DNA from: Octopus sinensis
Taxonomy: Eukaryota
Assembly (NCBI RefSeq): GCF_006345805.1
Contig: NC_042999.1
Coordinates: 150,846,001-150,910,000 of the forward strand
Direction of reading: 5' to 3'
DNA length: 64,000 nucleotides
The notes beneath the pieces were generated by a model, which was not told the origin of the DNA, searched no databases, and worked only from the letters and a program-made list of their open reading frames with translations. The position numbers and the translations under genes are program-made. Below are positions 23,614 through 36,433 of this stretch, in pieces (the stretch's first letter is position 1; each line of letters starts with the position of its first letter).

Positions 23614-24494
23614 ACATGCGCCTGCACATGTGTGTTTGTGCATGTGTGTGCATGCATATATATGCACGTGCATATGTGTGTATGCATGTGCATGTCTGTA
23701 CATGTATTGCATGAGTGCATATGTATATGCATGCATGTGTGTGCATGTGCATGCACTAGTGTGTGTGTGAGTGTGCATGCACGCATGTGTGTGTGTGTGT
23801 TTGTAAATTAGAAGGTTGTTTCTGCTCATTCTTGAAAAGTTAGACATTTTAATTTAATGTTGTTCTTGGGCAAGAAAGCTGACTTTGCTTCAGTCTGAAA
23901 ATGGGGTTTTGTTATATAAGACCAGTTTTAGAAATGGCTAAACAAAGTTGTGGCAATGAAAATAAATATAACATAAAATTCAAAAGTCTTCTTTAAATCT
24001 TGATGCTTACATCAATAGAAAATAAATAAATCTACCCCTCGATGGTACTGTTCACAGATGATCTAGCAACTATTTCTTAACAGTTTGATAAATTGATGTA
24101 CTGACTACAAAGATTCTATGAAATGCTTGTAGTAGAATTTAATGTCTGGATTCTGAGTTATAAATCAATACTCTATCCATCCAGCTATTCTGCTGATGGA
24201 CTAACTACAGATGCTTCTGACTTGTTATTAAAGAACAGATTGTCAATAAAGCATGGTTTGGTGGTTGGATATTATATGACAGCTTCCTTCCTTGTCGCTG
24301 TTATTGTAACAGTCATCTTGTCACCATTCTAAAACATCCTTTCTTTGTTATAGTACAGTCAATTTCTTTATTAACCATGAGGTTGAGAAAAAGAGGGGGT
24401 TGATACGAGGACAGACAAAACAAACATTGGGTCAGGGTATCGAATGAGACAAAATGTATGAATAAACAATTAAAATATATACAATTAGATAAGA

Positions 24495-24838
24495 CTTTTA
24501 CAGATTCCATAGACAGCGAGACTCACCAATGGAGAAGTTCTTAAGCAGATCAGGCCGAAAATGTCGCTAGAAGCTAGGATCACCAAGCATAGATTGACAT
24601 ATTTTGGTCATATTATGCGGAGAAAATCCCTGGAGAAAGGACATCATGCTCGGAATGGTCAGTGGCATGAGAGGAAGAGGCCGACCAAGAACCCACTGGC
24701 TTGACACCATCAAGAATGATACCGGAATGGACATAGCCAATCTGAAAGAAGCGGCCCAGGATAGAACTGACTGGAGGACACTGATCCATCGAGTAACTGA
24801 GAGTCGACTTCGACTGAGCGGATAGATAGATAGATAGA
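24495..24838 (+). mobile_element. 5'-truncated RTE/BovB-like LINE 3' end with (TAGA)n tail and 9-bp TSD
   Basis: LLQIP*TARLTNGEVLKQI...RLTYFGHIMRRKSLEK/DIMLGMVSGMRGRGRPRTHWLDTIK...; TSD TAGATAAGA at 24486-24494 and 24839-24847. Confidence 0.88.
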
Positions 24839-25054
24839 TAGATAAGAATCAGTGAATTACAGAAAATGAAGCGGAGGAAACGGTCGACCCCACAAACGCA
24901 TACTCACACTGAAGACTTTGCTTTCTCCTTTTTATATTCTCGTTTAAACAAGTTCTTTCACTCGCAACATACTTGCTATAGACTTCCATCTTTTACGAAG
25001 CACATTTTGTGACAGGCATTTCTTCTCCAGCCTTATTTTCCATTTTATGTGGAA

Positions 25055-26181
25055 CTAGCAGCATAGCCCGGCGTTGCCCGGGTATGTAAGAGCTCCTAGT
25101 AGGCAACAACTAATCCCAATCTAGTCCTTTCCCTCTTGGGAATGAAGGCGCATGTGTAGGTTGCAATGTCTTCTCTTCACTCCCAAATAACTATCAAACA
25201 GCTATCGATAATTCAACCCAACCAATTCCTACCAGGAAGAAATTACATTCGAGACTTTACCCCCAACACGGCAAGTTATTCGAATACTTTTTTTGTTTAA
25301 ACTTTCTTTATAACTACCACCCCAAATGTTTTACCTTAAATTTTTGACGTACCCTAAGGGTCCTCGGACGCTACTTGCAAACTCTTGGTTTATTATAAAC
25401 CACTTTTGTCGTGTGCACCAAAAAACCTTTTCCATTCGTTTGTTCAGTTTGGTCACTTTTGACTTTTTCGTTGTTGTCACTCACATTGCTGCTCACTTTT
25501 TTGCCGTGTTTGTAAATTTTTATACATTTTGGGATACTTACCCCACGTGTTCTGAGAGTTAAAAAGGTCGAGTTCCGTCCCCTAGACAGTCTGTATTTAA
25601 TACACAAATCGGTTTGCTATGTGTGCCACATATGATTTAATTAACCGATTTTTTCCAGTAATAAAGTATCCTATTGGAATAAAAAGGGCCATATAACTCC
25701 TTGGAGCAGACATGATGCTCGCTGTGAATTAAAAAAAAAATTCCTGCCAATTTGTGAAAGATATTGTCGAAAATATGTCATCTTGAATTTGAACACGATT
25801 TCCCAAAATGGCATGATTTTATCGATTTTTTTCTGATGGTAAGGTATTGCATGGAAAACTAACATCAGAATTAAGTTTCTTAGGGTAACATTAAGCTTCA
25901 CCATGAGTTTGGTGAAAATCTATTGCAAGTTGCGAAAACTACAACCGAAAATGTGTTGCATATAAAAAGCTTAGATTCTCGACCCCATGTCGAATTTATC
26001 AATTTTTTTCAGAACTGGGTGAACTTTTCAAAATTTTTGCTGCGTTAGTTTTGAATTATGACATTGGGTTATGCGTGTGTCAAGTTTCATCAGAATCGGT
26101 TGAAAACCGTGGTCAGAGTGAGGGTACAACCTGACAGACACACAGACAGACAAACTGCCGTTTATATATAGAGAGAAGAGA
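25055..26181 (-). mobile_element. Complete non-autonomous Helitron
   Basis: On the minus strand: A|TC-TCTTCTCTCTATATATAAAC..TGTCTGTCTG at the 5' end; 3' hairpin CCCGG-GCAACG-CCGGG, then CTAG|T; no TSD. These are canonical Helitron termini and A|T target. Confidence 0.85.
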
Positions 26182-26498
26182 TATCACATCATCATTATGG
26201 TACTGTTATCTATCTTGTCATTATAGTACTACATTATATGTAGGCATGGGAGTAGGTGAGAAAGAGATAAAAGGAAGGTAATGATGGATTACCTGAGCAA
26301 ACTGTCCTCTCCTTTTTCTTCATCATCATCATGCTTATGATGAGGATAACGTTAATGATGATATCTATTTTTATATGCAGGTGAGAATTGGATGTGATTT
26401 ATTGTGCAACTGGGTGCTTTTCTTGATGCCAACCGTTTCTGTCCGCATCTTTTAAGACGTACAGGAATACAGTCTATCTATAACTAAACAACCAAAAT

Positions 26499-26757
26499 AT
26501 GATAGTTGGCTGAAAAGCTCATAGGCTGACCAAGACACTCTCATGAAATGTGACCAAATGAGGTTCATTTTTCAACATAGTCCATTTTCAAGAGAAGTTA
26601 CTTTTGAAGTCTTCTTGAACATTCAAATGTCACTTTACCTAGAAAGAAACAATACAGTTATAAAGAAGAGAGGATTGAAGTTAATGTATGTGAGATTTCA
26701 CAATCTTAGCATCACTCCTTCATTGTCAGCCTATGAATTTTTCAGCCCACCTGCATA
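26499..26757. mobile_element. Tc1/mariner-type MITE
   Basis: Imperfect ~30-bp TIRs GGCTGAAAAGCTCATAGGCTGAC / GTCAGCCTATGAATTTTTCAGCC. Confidence 0.7.
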
Positions 26758-28289
26758 CACACAAATTTTTCATTTTTCTTATTTCATAGATATTCATCTT
26801 AAATATTAAATTAAATGTTTTGGTCTTCAGGCTCTTTTCCATTTTGTTGTTATTGTTGTTATTCCATTTGGGTTTCTCAAGGCTTCGTCAAACAGGTGAT
26901 TTCAAACTTGAGCACAGGTGAAATTTTGCCAGCAGATGTGGAGAGACTCTCCCGCCCCTATTTTATAATGTAACATGGAAAAAAAAAACATGAAAACAAA
27001 TAAATAAAATGACAAAAAAATAAGGTTGTAGATAACAGGTGTTATTACATATTGTAATTATGATTGTTAGCATGGAAGCTTTTTCATGGCACCATTCCAG
27101 AATGGAAAAGAGAGGGGTTGTTGAGAAATCTGTTCTACAAGATCATATTTCAGGATTTATATATTTATTTATTTATTTATACTCTTGTTTTTGTTTGTTT
27201 TTGTTCTAAATACCCAGCTAAACATTAAGACATTTTTTCTTATCAAATGTTTATACTTTTTTGTACCTTTTTCCTTTACTTGTTTTTGTTTTTTCCTGTT
27301 GCTCTCTCTGTCTTTCTTTTGTGGAAAAGATAAGACAAGATTAGCAGTCTCCTTTATTGTTGTCATCGTCATCAACATCACCGTGATATTCATATTTATC
27401 ATTTTCCATCATCTGTAATCATTAATGTCATCTTTATCGTTATCACCACCATCACTACTAGAACCACCACCACCACCACTACCATCATCATGTTCACCAT
27501 ACTTGTCATTTTTCATGATCTTTTATCATTGTTGTCATCTTTGTCATCATTATCATTGCCAGCATCTTGATCTTTTCTTCACCACTACCACCACCACCAC
27601 CATCATGATGTTTATCATATCCTTTTCACTATCTTTAATCCATGTTGTCATCTTCCATTGTTATCATTTTTATCAATACCACCACCTCTGCCACAACTAC
27701 CACACTCATCATCATCATCACTCATGAAAAATTAAATTGTTCCTTGATATGGCACATGACCGGAGAGGCACACGAGTGGCTGTATAGTTAAGAAGTTTGC
27801 TTCCTAGCCCTGTGGTTTTGGATTCAGTCCCTCTGCTCAGCACCTTAGGCAAGAATCTTCTACTACTACTCCAGGCTGACCAGAACTTAGAGAATTTAGT
27901 AGAAACAGAAAGAAGTCCATCATGTGTGTATATATGTATGTCTGTCTGTCTTTGTCCGAATGACCATTTGTCATTTGTCGGTTTGTTTACATCTTTGTAA
28001 TTTAGCAGTTTGACAAAAGAAACTGACAAGTATAAGTGTCAGGCTTTAAAAAATAAGTATTGAGGTCAATTTATTCTAGTAAGCCCTTTCGAGTAGCACC
28101 CCAGCATGGCCATAGTCCAGTGGTTGAAATTGACAATATGAATACTTTTAGTATTATAAAATGATGATGTTGAGGATAAAGCAACTGAAATATACTTTGT
28201 AGAAAACCCTTTTTATAAAAGAGAATAGAGCAATTCATTAAATAATATAAATTGGTATGGCTTAATGAGTCCTATGAGGATGGTGACAA

Positions 28290-29900
28290 AATCCGCTTCA
28301 GGGAAAAATTTGATTGTAAGAAACCATTCTGTCTATGAAGAGGAGGTTGTAGATGGATCTATTGGGGACTGCATTTGTTTGAGCTTCTCTAACCAAACCA
28401 TCCATGACAAACACCAATTTCTTTGCTAATACTTTGGCCAAAATTTAAAACCCTGCATTTATCAGTGTTATGGGTGAGAAATTGTCTATAATATCCCCTG
28501 TATTGACAGCCTTTCTCAGTAAAGTTAACACACCTCAACTCACAGATCTGGGAATTCTCCTGTTTTGCTGTCAATTGTGATGGATGTTTGCCAAGAGGTC
28601 ACAAAACAGATTTGGCATATAACCATAAAACTCATAGTGCAGACTATCCTAACCAGGTAGTTTGTCCCTTGCACAACCACCCAGTACTTCATGTATCTCA
28701 GTTGCTGTTATTGGCCTTTCACAGTGCCTAACCTCTTCTTCCAAAAGATGTGGCTGGCCCTCCAGGTATTAAAGTCTATAATTCTCTGTGGCCTATTCCT
28801 TTCTCTAAACAGACAAAGTACTGCTGGAAGGCCACATGCATTTGTTTGTCACCATATAGTATGTTCCCATCCTGATCTGTCAATGACTGAATTGTGGCTT
28901 TGTTGCCGTGTTGTGCCTCCACTACTAGAGCCTATCAAATTTCATTCCTTCATGTTGTAGCATGTGAGCTCTATCCTTGACAACTCAGTCTTTGTGTTTC
29001 ATATTGAAGAAATAGCCAAGGGCCATTCTTGCCACTTGCACATTTGTCATGACACCACTTCTAATTGCCCTTTCTAGTTTACTAATTAGCTCTTCCTCTA
29101 AACTATTTCTCTCTATCACTTGCTCTTTACTAAATGCTATTGACTTGTATTTAATTGCCCTCTTCAGGATCTCCACCAGCCGTTTTTGTCTGTCGCCCCT
29201 GTCAAATGCCTCTTAACATTTGACAGGGGCAATAATCAATCTGGTCTCTGTAGTCTTTTTGTATCAGGAAAGACATCAACTTCCAGTAGTCCTATTTAAG
29301 GTAACTGTGAAGATTACAAATTTGTCATCTGTATAGCTGACCAGTATGAATTGTGGACACCCTAACACATCTTTGTCCATTAACCTAATGAATGCTTTAA
29401 GTACAATCTGGAAGATCCATCGTGGTTGCTTCAAGTCTACATTGGTACATTCAGGAAATCTAGTCAGTATCTGTCAGACATTGTTTTGAGACTTTTGCAT
29501 CCCTACTATGGGTTAACCTTGCACAGTCCCTTCATGCATCCAAAATACCTTTCCAATCCCCTACTAATACTAAAGAGCAGGATGTTCTTAGGAAGGCTTC
29601 CTGGTATTGAAAGAAATCTGGCTGTCAAGTCCTGATGGGTGCATAGATGGCCTCTAGTTTGAAGGCATTGCCTTTACTGTCACTCACACCTGTCAGATCT
29701 AGGAAGATTATCTGAGCCTCTAAACCTAATTCTTTCTGGAAAAGCACTGCTACTCCTCTGCCCAGTCACATCAGACTATAAGATAAGAATGATTTGCAGT
29801 CATTTGACATAAGGTTGAGTGTGACTCAGAAATTTGTCCTACGGGATTTGTAGCCACCCTCTTCATCAAGGAAGATTAGTGGGTGATTTGTTTAGCTGTT
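28290..29900 (-). mobile_element. Decayed Tx1/L1-clade LINE ORF2 fragment (APE endonuclease to start of RT)
   Basis: Minus-strand remnants GRGVAVLFQK, FKLEAIYAP, PDFFQ...LVLVGDW, TDDKFV, YWKL, EILKRAIK, NFSPITLINAGFKILAKVLAKKL and EAQTNAVPNRSIY, with many stops and frameshifts. Confidence 0.75.
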
Positions 29901-30095
29901 GACAACTCAGCCTTGCAAGTAAGTGTATTAGGTTGCTTGTTACCCTCTGTACTCTTGAACAAACTGGTGGGTGAGTTTCTTGAATTACTGATAATTTGAC
30001 CATGAAAAAAGCAGTCTGACTTGATTTATCCTCTATAATGTGCAATATATTAGATACGGTGTATATTAACCAGGTTGCTCTTTTTTTTCTTGTAG

Positions 30096-30130
30096 ATATG
30101 TTGAAAATGCGGACAGGAAAATAGAATAAG
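30096..30130 (+). other. Candidate 35-nt exon (non-coding or stop-containing)
   Basis: Acceptor CTCTTTTTTTTCTTGTAG| and donor AAG|GTAAGG in non-repetitive sequence; stops in all three frames. No transcript evidence available. Confidence 0.4.
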
Positions 30131-31225
30131 GTAAGGTGCTCATATTGTTTAGCAAAATATGTTTTTCGTTTGTTTTTAAGTTGTTATATTCACAGAATTT
30201 TTATTTTATGCAAACAAATACTATTTGATTAGTCTGTATATGTACATGTATGTTACTGAAAATTTGTATGTATATTTATACAGGTAGTCATCAATTACCT
30301 GTAAGCATATCTTGGTAACATATATTATGCTTTTGCTAATTGTTTTAGCTACCTATGTAGTTGTGAACGTACACTGAAATCCCTTTGGGTCCCCTTCACC
30401 GTTGACTGAGCAGCATATAGAGGAAGGTGAGATAGCTGGATTAGTGCTGTGGGACTCCCTAAAGTGAAGTACCTTGTTCAAAGCCACAACAGGCTACCTA
30501 TCCCAGGAATTGAATCTGCATCCCTATGTTCATAAACCAAACACCCCTAACACCCTAGGCCAAGCATATGCATATATTTTATCCATTTTAATACCTTTAT
30601 TTCCTTGACCAGGGTTTAAGTGAAGATTTTCTTCTCATTTGTTTATTTTATTCTTATTAATTTTTTAATAAGAATACTGTATGTGTGTGTGTGTTTAAGT
30701 TGAATTTGTTTACATACATGCACACACCCGGATGCACACTGTGTTAAAAAGAGTAGTTGAATACCACTACATATATAATGCATGTGTGTGCAGCCATCTA
30801 TGCAACATGCTTAATGTACATACACTGTAGATAGGCCAGTTAGTTCAGTATTTCTCCTGAGATAGCATCTCTTGTAGTGGAATATACTCTGTCAAAATAA
30901 ATGTCAAAAACAGATAGATTTAAAAAAATATTTTCTACAATTAAAAATTTGGTCATTTTTTTTAATGTATCTTTTATCTTGGATTTTTTATTTGTTTTAT
31001 TCTGTGTATATATATATATATATATATTTCAATGTTGCTTGACTGGCACCACCTTGAATTTTTGTCTAATGAATTGATTGCAGTACTTCTTTTATGAGCC
31101 TGGTACTTATTCTATCAGTCTCTTTTGGTGAACTGCTAAGTTATGGGGATGCCAACACATCAACATTGGTTGTCAAGCAGTGGTGGGAGGGACAAGCACA
31201 GACATAAAGACACGCTCTCATAGAT

Positions 31226-31259
<34 letters not shown>

Positions 31260-31756
31260 TATCATCATCATTGTTTAATGTCTGCTTTCCATGCTGGCAT
31301 GGGTTGGATAGTTTGACTGAGGACTGGCAAGCCAGCAAGCTGCACCAGGCTCCCAATCTGATCTGGCATGGTTTCTACAGCTGGATGCCCTTCCTAACGC
31401 TAGCCACTCTGAGAGTGTAGTGGGTGCTTTTTATGTGCCACCGGCATGGGATCCAGTCAGGCAGTACTGGCATCAACCACGCTGAAATGGATCTTTTTAC
31501 ATGCCACCAGCACAAGTGCCAGTGGTGGCACTGCCATCAACCACACTTGAATGGTACTTTTTATATGCCACCAGCATGGGATCCAGTCATGCGGCACTGA
31601 CATGAGAACCAGTCAGGCAGCACTGGCATCAACCACGCTGAAATGGTACTTTTTACATGCCACCGGCACAAGTGCCAGTAAGGTGGCACTACCATCAGCC
31701 ACACTTGAATGGTGCTTTTTATGTGCCACCAGCACAGGTGCCAGTCAGGCAGCATT

Positions 31757-31760
<4 letters not shown>
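31260..31760 (-). mobile_element. SINE family B with 5-6 internal tandem modules, inside the microsatellite of a split SINE-A
   Basis: Repeated ATGGTRCTTTTTAYRTGCCACC cores. The SINE-A tail part lies at about 31030-31230 and the head part at about 31850-32005. Confidence 0.8.
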
Positions 31761-31794
<34 letters not shown>

Positions 31795-32171
31795 TCAAAT
31801 AAAGGTTGCCAACCTCATTAAGGGATAATAAAATCCAATGAATATACTGGTTTTTTACTTATGGATTTCTTTCAGTTTCTATCTACCAAATCCACTCACA
31901 AGACTTTGGTTGGCCTTAGGCTATAGTAGAAGACACCTTCCCATGGTGTCACACAGTGGGACTGAACCCAGAACCATGTGGTTGGGAATCAGGCTTCTTA
32001 CCACACAGAAAATCCATTTTCAAATATGATTAGATAAAATATATAAATCCATCTATTTTTTTCCATCTATTTTAAATAATATCTTTACTATCAACAAAAT
32101 ACACGGGATAAAAAACAGTTCATGCAACAAATAGACTGTTATATTACTGAATTAGCATTCATCAGCTGAAA

Positions 32172-32393
32172 TACAAAGGAGTGTTGAAAAGTTTCTGGTT
32201 TTAAAGGTATCATGAAAGGCCTGTTTGTAGGCCCAACCTTATGAATCCTTTTACAGAGCTTAAAAAATCTGATGGACCACTCCAATAAGTGGGTGAGTCT
32301 GAGAGAGGAATATATTGAATAAAATCATAATGAGGTGATCCTCTTGTATTTTCCCTTTATCTCAAGCCAGAAACTTTTCAACACCCCGTCATA
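32172..32393. mobile_element. mariner-type MITE
   Basis: TIRs GGAGTGTTGAAAAGTTTCTGG / CCAGAAACTTTTCAACACCCC. Confidence 0.7.
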
Positions 32394-32564
32394 TAACATT
32401 TATGTAATTCAATGGTTGTGTGGTTAAGAAGTTTACTTCCCAGGGATGTAGTTTCAGGTTCAGTCTGGATGTAGGTGTAGCTGGGTAATCAAGATTTTCA
32501 TGTTGTTTTATGCTCCAAACACCAGCTAAATAATGACAAAATTACTTTATTAAATTCATCATCA

Positions 32565-33020
32565 TCAACATCATCATCATCGTTTAACGTCCGTCTTCCA
32601 TGCTAGCATGGGTTGGACGGTTCGACCGGAGTCTGGGAAGCCAGGAGGTTGCACAAGGCTCCAGTCTGATCTGGCAGTGTTTCAATAGCTAGATGCCCTT
32701 CTTAAAGCCAACCACTCCGTGAGTGTAGTGGGTGCTTTTTATGTGCCACCAGCACAGGAGCCAGAGGAGGATGGCAATGGCCATGATCAGTTGGTGCTTT
32801 TTACGTGTCACCGACGTGGGAGCCAGTCATGCAGCACTGGCATCAACTATGCTTGAATGATGCTTTTTACGTGCCACTGGCACTGCCATCAACCTTACTT
32901 GAATGGCACTTTTAATGAGCCACCGGCACAGCAGCAGTTAGGCAGCGCTGGCATTGCCCATGCATGAATGGCACTTTTTTATGTGCCACTGGTACAGGAA
33001 TCAGCCAGGCAGTATTGGTA
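32565..33020 (-). mobile_element. SINE family B with internal tandem modules
   Basis: CATCATCGTTTAACGTCCG...GCTAGATGCCCTT...GGGTGCTTTTTATGTGCC, followed by repeats. Confidence 0.85.
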
Positions 33021-33243
33021 TTGACTATTTATGTATCTTTATGTTATATTGCTAACTAAATCTGTGTTGTCCATCTCTTTGTCCCTGCCTACCCATACAG
33101 CTACCTACTTACCTACCTACAGTTCTATCAAGCTATCTGTCTGCCTGTTTATCTGTCCAACTGTCCACATTTATATGTGTCTGTGTGTGTATATGTTTAT
33201 AAATATGCATATGAATATGTTTCTATTTAGGCAGACATGTGTA

Positions 33244-33321
<78 letters not shown>

Positions 33322-34479
33322 TGCATGCACACCCGTCTTTCTTTTTTTTCTCCTTTTATATGTGTGAGTGTGTGTGTGCATGTATGAATGTGTGTGAATA
33401 CGTCTGTATTTGTACACACTTGTCCTTTTTGGAAAATCCTGCAATCAGGAAACAAGGCAATAATCTATGACAAAGGATATAGACTAATGAGTTCTGCATT
33501 CTCTCCCTTCAAGAGGAACTCTCTATTCTGATGTGGCCAGTTGTTCTGAATGCATATATTAACATATGTATTATCATTTTAATAATGTTGTGTGACCTTT
33601 TCCATCCTGCTCTCTTGGACGTGTTGTTGTTCAATTACTGTTTGTGTCTGCTATTGGTTTCTAATCTATATGAATTATTGATTCTCATTTCCTTTCACAT
33701 TGCTGTTTCTAACGTAAGCTTCACTCCCCGTTTTGTATTTTTACCCATTTTTTACTAGAAATGAATATTAATATTCAGTTTTTTTTATTGTATTTTTGTC
33801 GGTTGATTTCTTTTCCTTTTGTCACCGTGTTATTGCTGGAGTAATTCTTGGTATAACAATATTCCCTATGAATAAATAGCATTTAAAGAGGACTAATCAT
33901 TTCCTCTTGAAGTTAACTCAATGGTGGTCACATCATGGTATTCTGTTGACCAAATCTAAATAATCATTCATATATGTGTGTGTTTGTGTGTATAGGTATG
34001 TACAGACATAGTTAATATGTTTGTGTGCATTCAGTCATGGTAAGACAGTATGCTTCACAAGTTGTCTCCAGAGAAGAAATTCTCTTTATAGATAGTATAG
34101 GTGTAAATACTAGCCATGAATGATGTCACTGAACTCTAGGATACATGTATTTCTGTGTCAATGCGCTTCATCAGTGCCTTGAGAAAACTTCTGCAGTGTA
34201 TTGTCTTTCTATGTCCATGAACATGGAATGTGGACCTGATAAATATATTTCATTCAATGCTACTTAGTGTGTATTTAATTAATAAGAATGACAGTGATTG
34301 ACAGCTATAAATAACTGGATTAGCATGTTGCGCAAGAGAAGCAGCAATGATATACTCAGCATAATATTGAAACAAATTTGATTCTTTGAGTTTCTCAGAG
34401 ACACAGTTGAAATCCTTTATCTTTGTGGTTGAGAGAATGAGTAAATTGTCAGTTTTCTTAAAATCATGTTTTCAATCAT

Positions 34480-34790
34480 TTTGTTGTTGTTTGTTCCTAC
34501 TCGAGCCATGTCTGGTTCATAAGGGCCGGTTTCCCGGTTTGTTTGGCGTATAGGTTCCCCACCTGGACGGGATGCCGGTCTGTCGCAGGTGAGCTGCAAG
34601 ATGCAGGAGGAAAGAGTGAGAGAAAGCTGTGGCAAAAGAGTCAGCAGAAGTTTGCCATTAACTTCTGCCAGAGCTGTGTGGAGCTTAGGTGTTTCGCTCA
34701 CAAACACATACATCACTCGGTCTGAGATTTGAATTCGCAATCCCTCGACCGTGAGTCCACTGTTCTAACTACTAGGCCATGTGCCTCCAC
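34480..34790 (-). mobile_element. tRNA-type SINE with central module X and tail module Z
   Basis: Minus strand: GGAGGCACATGGCCTAGTAGTTAG...GAATTCAAATCTC head; GAGCGAAACACCTAAGCTCC (X); CCTGCGACAGACCGGCATCCCGTCCAGG (Z). Confidence 0.75.
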
Positions 34791-35166
34791 CTTTTTCAAT
34801 CATTTGGACTGAGGTCATGCTGGTGCACCACCTTGAAGAGTCTAGTCAAACAAATTAAACCTAACGCTTACTTTTAAGCCTGATTCCATCAGACATTTTT
34901 GCTCAACCCATAAAGTTGCAAGACTGTAAACAAATACCAGTTGTCAAGCAGTGGGGTGGAGGCAACAAATACAAGGACATACACACACACACACACATAC
35001 ATGACACGCTTCCACACAGTTTCTGTCTATGCAGTTCACTAACAGGCATCAGTCAGCTCGGGGCTATAAGACACTTGCTCAACGTGCTGAGGAATAGGAC
35101 TGAACTCATGACCACATGGTTATAAAGCAAGCATCTTAACCATTCAAGCCTCTACCTCCACATAAC

Positions 35167-35630
35167 CTATTTCTTTACTGCCCACAAGGGGCTAAACACA
35201 GAGAGGACAAACAAGGACAGACAAACAGATTAAGTCGATTATATCGACTCCAGTGCATAACTGGTACTTATTTAATCGACCCCGAGAGGATGAAAGGCAA
35301 AGTCGACCTCAACGGAATTTGAACTCAGAACGTAGCGGCAGACGAAATACCTATTTCTTTATTACCCACAAGGGGCTAAACACAGAGGGCACAAACAAGG
35401 ACAGACATAGGTATTAAGTCGATTACATCGACCCCAGTTCGTAACTGGTACTTAATTTATCAACCCCGAAAGGATGAAAGACAAAGTCGACTCGGCGGAA
35501 TTTGAACTCACAACGTGACGACAGACGAAATATGGCTCCGCATTTCGCCCGGCGTGCTAACGTTTCTGCCAGCTCGTCGCGGCAGATGAAATACCGTAAA
35601 GCATTTCTCCTGGTGTGCTAACGTTTCTGC
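35167..35630 (-). mobile_element. SINE-C1 nested in another SINE-C1 in the same orientation
   Basis: On the minus strand the host head ends ..GGTATTTCATCTGCCG, a near full-length copy follows, and the host resumes GGTATTTCGTCTGCCG (about 16-bp TSD, one mismatch). Confidence 0.85.
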
Positions 35631-36394
35631 AACCATAAACAGATTCTGTGCATTGGGACTGGGTCTTTCAGCATCCTGTTTTTTGATTTTATTTTCTTTT
35701 TATTTTTGTTAAAATCCCAGTTTTTCATTCAGAAAAGTGCATGAGCATGTTGATTTATAAATTTTACAAAATGTTTTACATTTTCTTGTTGGTACTATTT
35801 ATATTCAGTGAAAACAGGTGGAAAAACAAGATAAAATTTTACAGGATGGCTGGGTAGAATGATTTCATTTCATATGTCTCTCTCTGTGTGTTTATAAATA
35901 CATACATGCATATGTGTGTGTATATCTATGTGTTTATGAATATGTGTGCACATATATTTATATACATATGTATATCTATGTATTTGTATATACATGCACA
36001 CAGTTACACACGAACACACAGAAGCATAGGAAAGTAGCCGTTAAAGCAGCGATGACGGTGATGATATATCTAGTTGCTTCAAATACAAACATATATCATC
36101 AGCAAAAACTCCCCAAAAAAAAAAAAAAAAAGGAGACCAGTGACGACAACAACAACAACAAAGATTTTCAGATGAACTCTTAGATAAAAGTGATAGCCAT
36201 TTCACTTTTACTTTTGATATAAATGTTTCCATTTTTTTTTTATCTATAAAATTTTCAGCTTTATTTCTTTTTTGTCTTTGCTCAATCCCCCAGACTGTTT
36301 AATCTGTGTTTTATTTCAATCAGTAAAAAGAAGAAAGAAAAAAAACCAACAAAAAACCTTGATGCCACATAGAAATAGAAAGATTAAATGCAAT

Positions 36395-36433
<39 letters not shown>

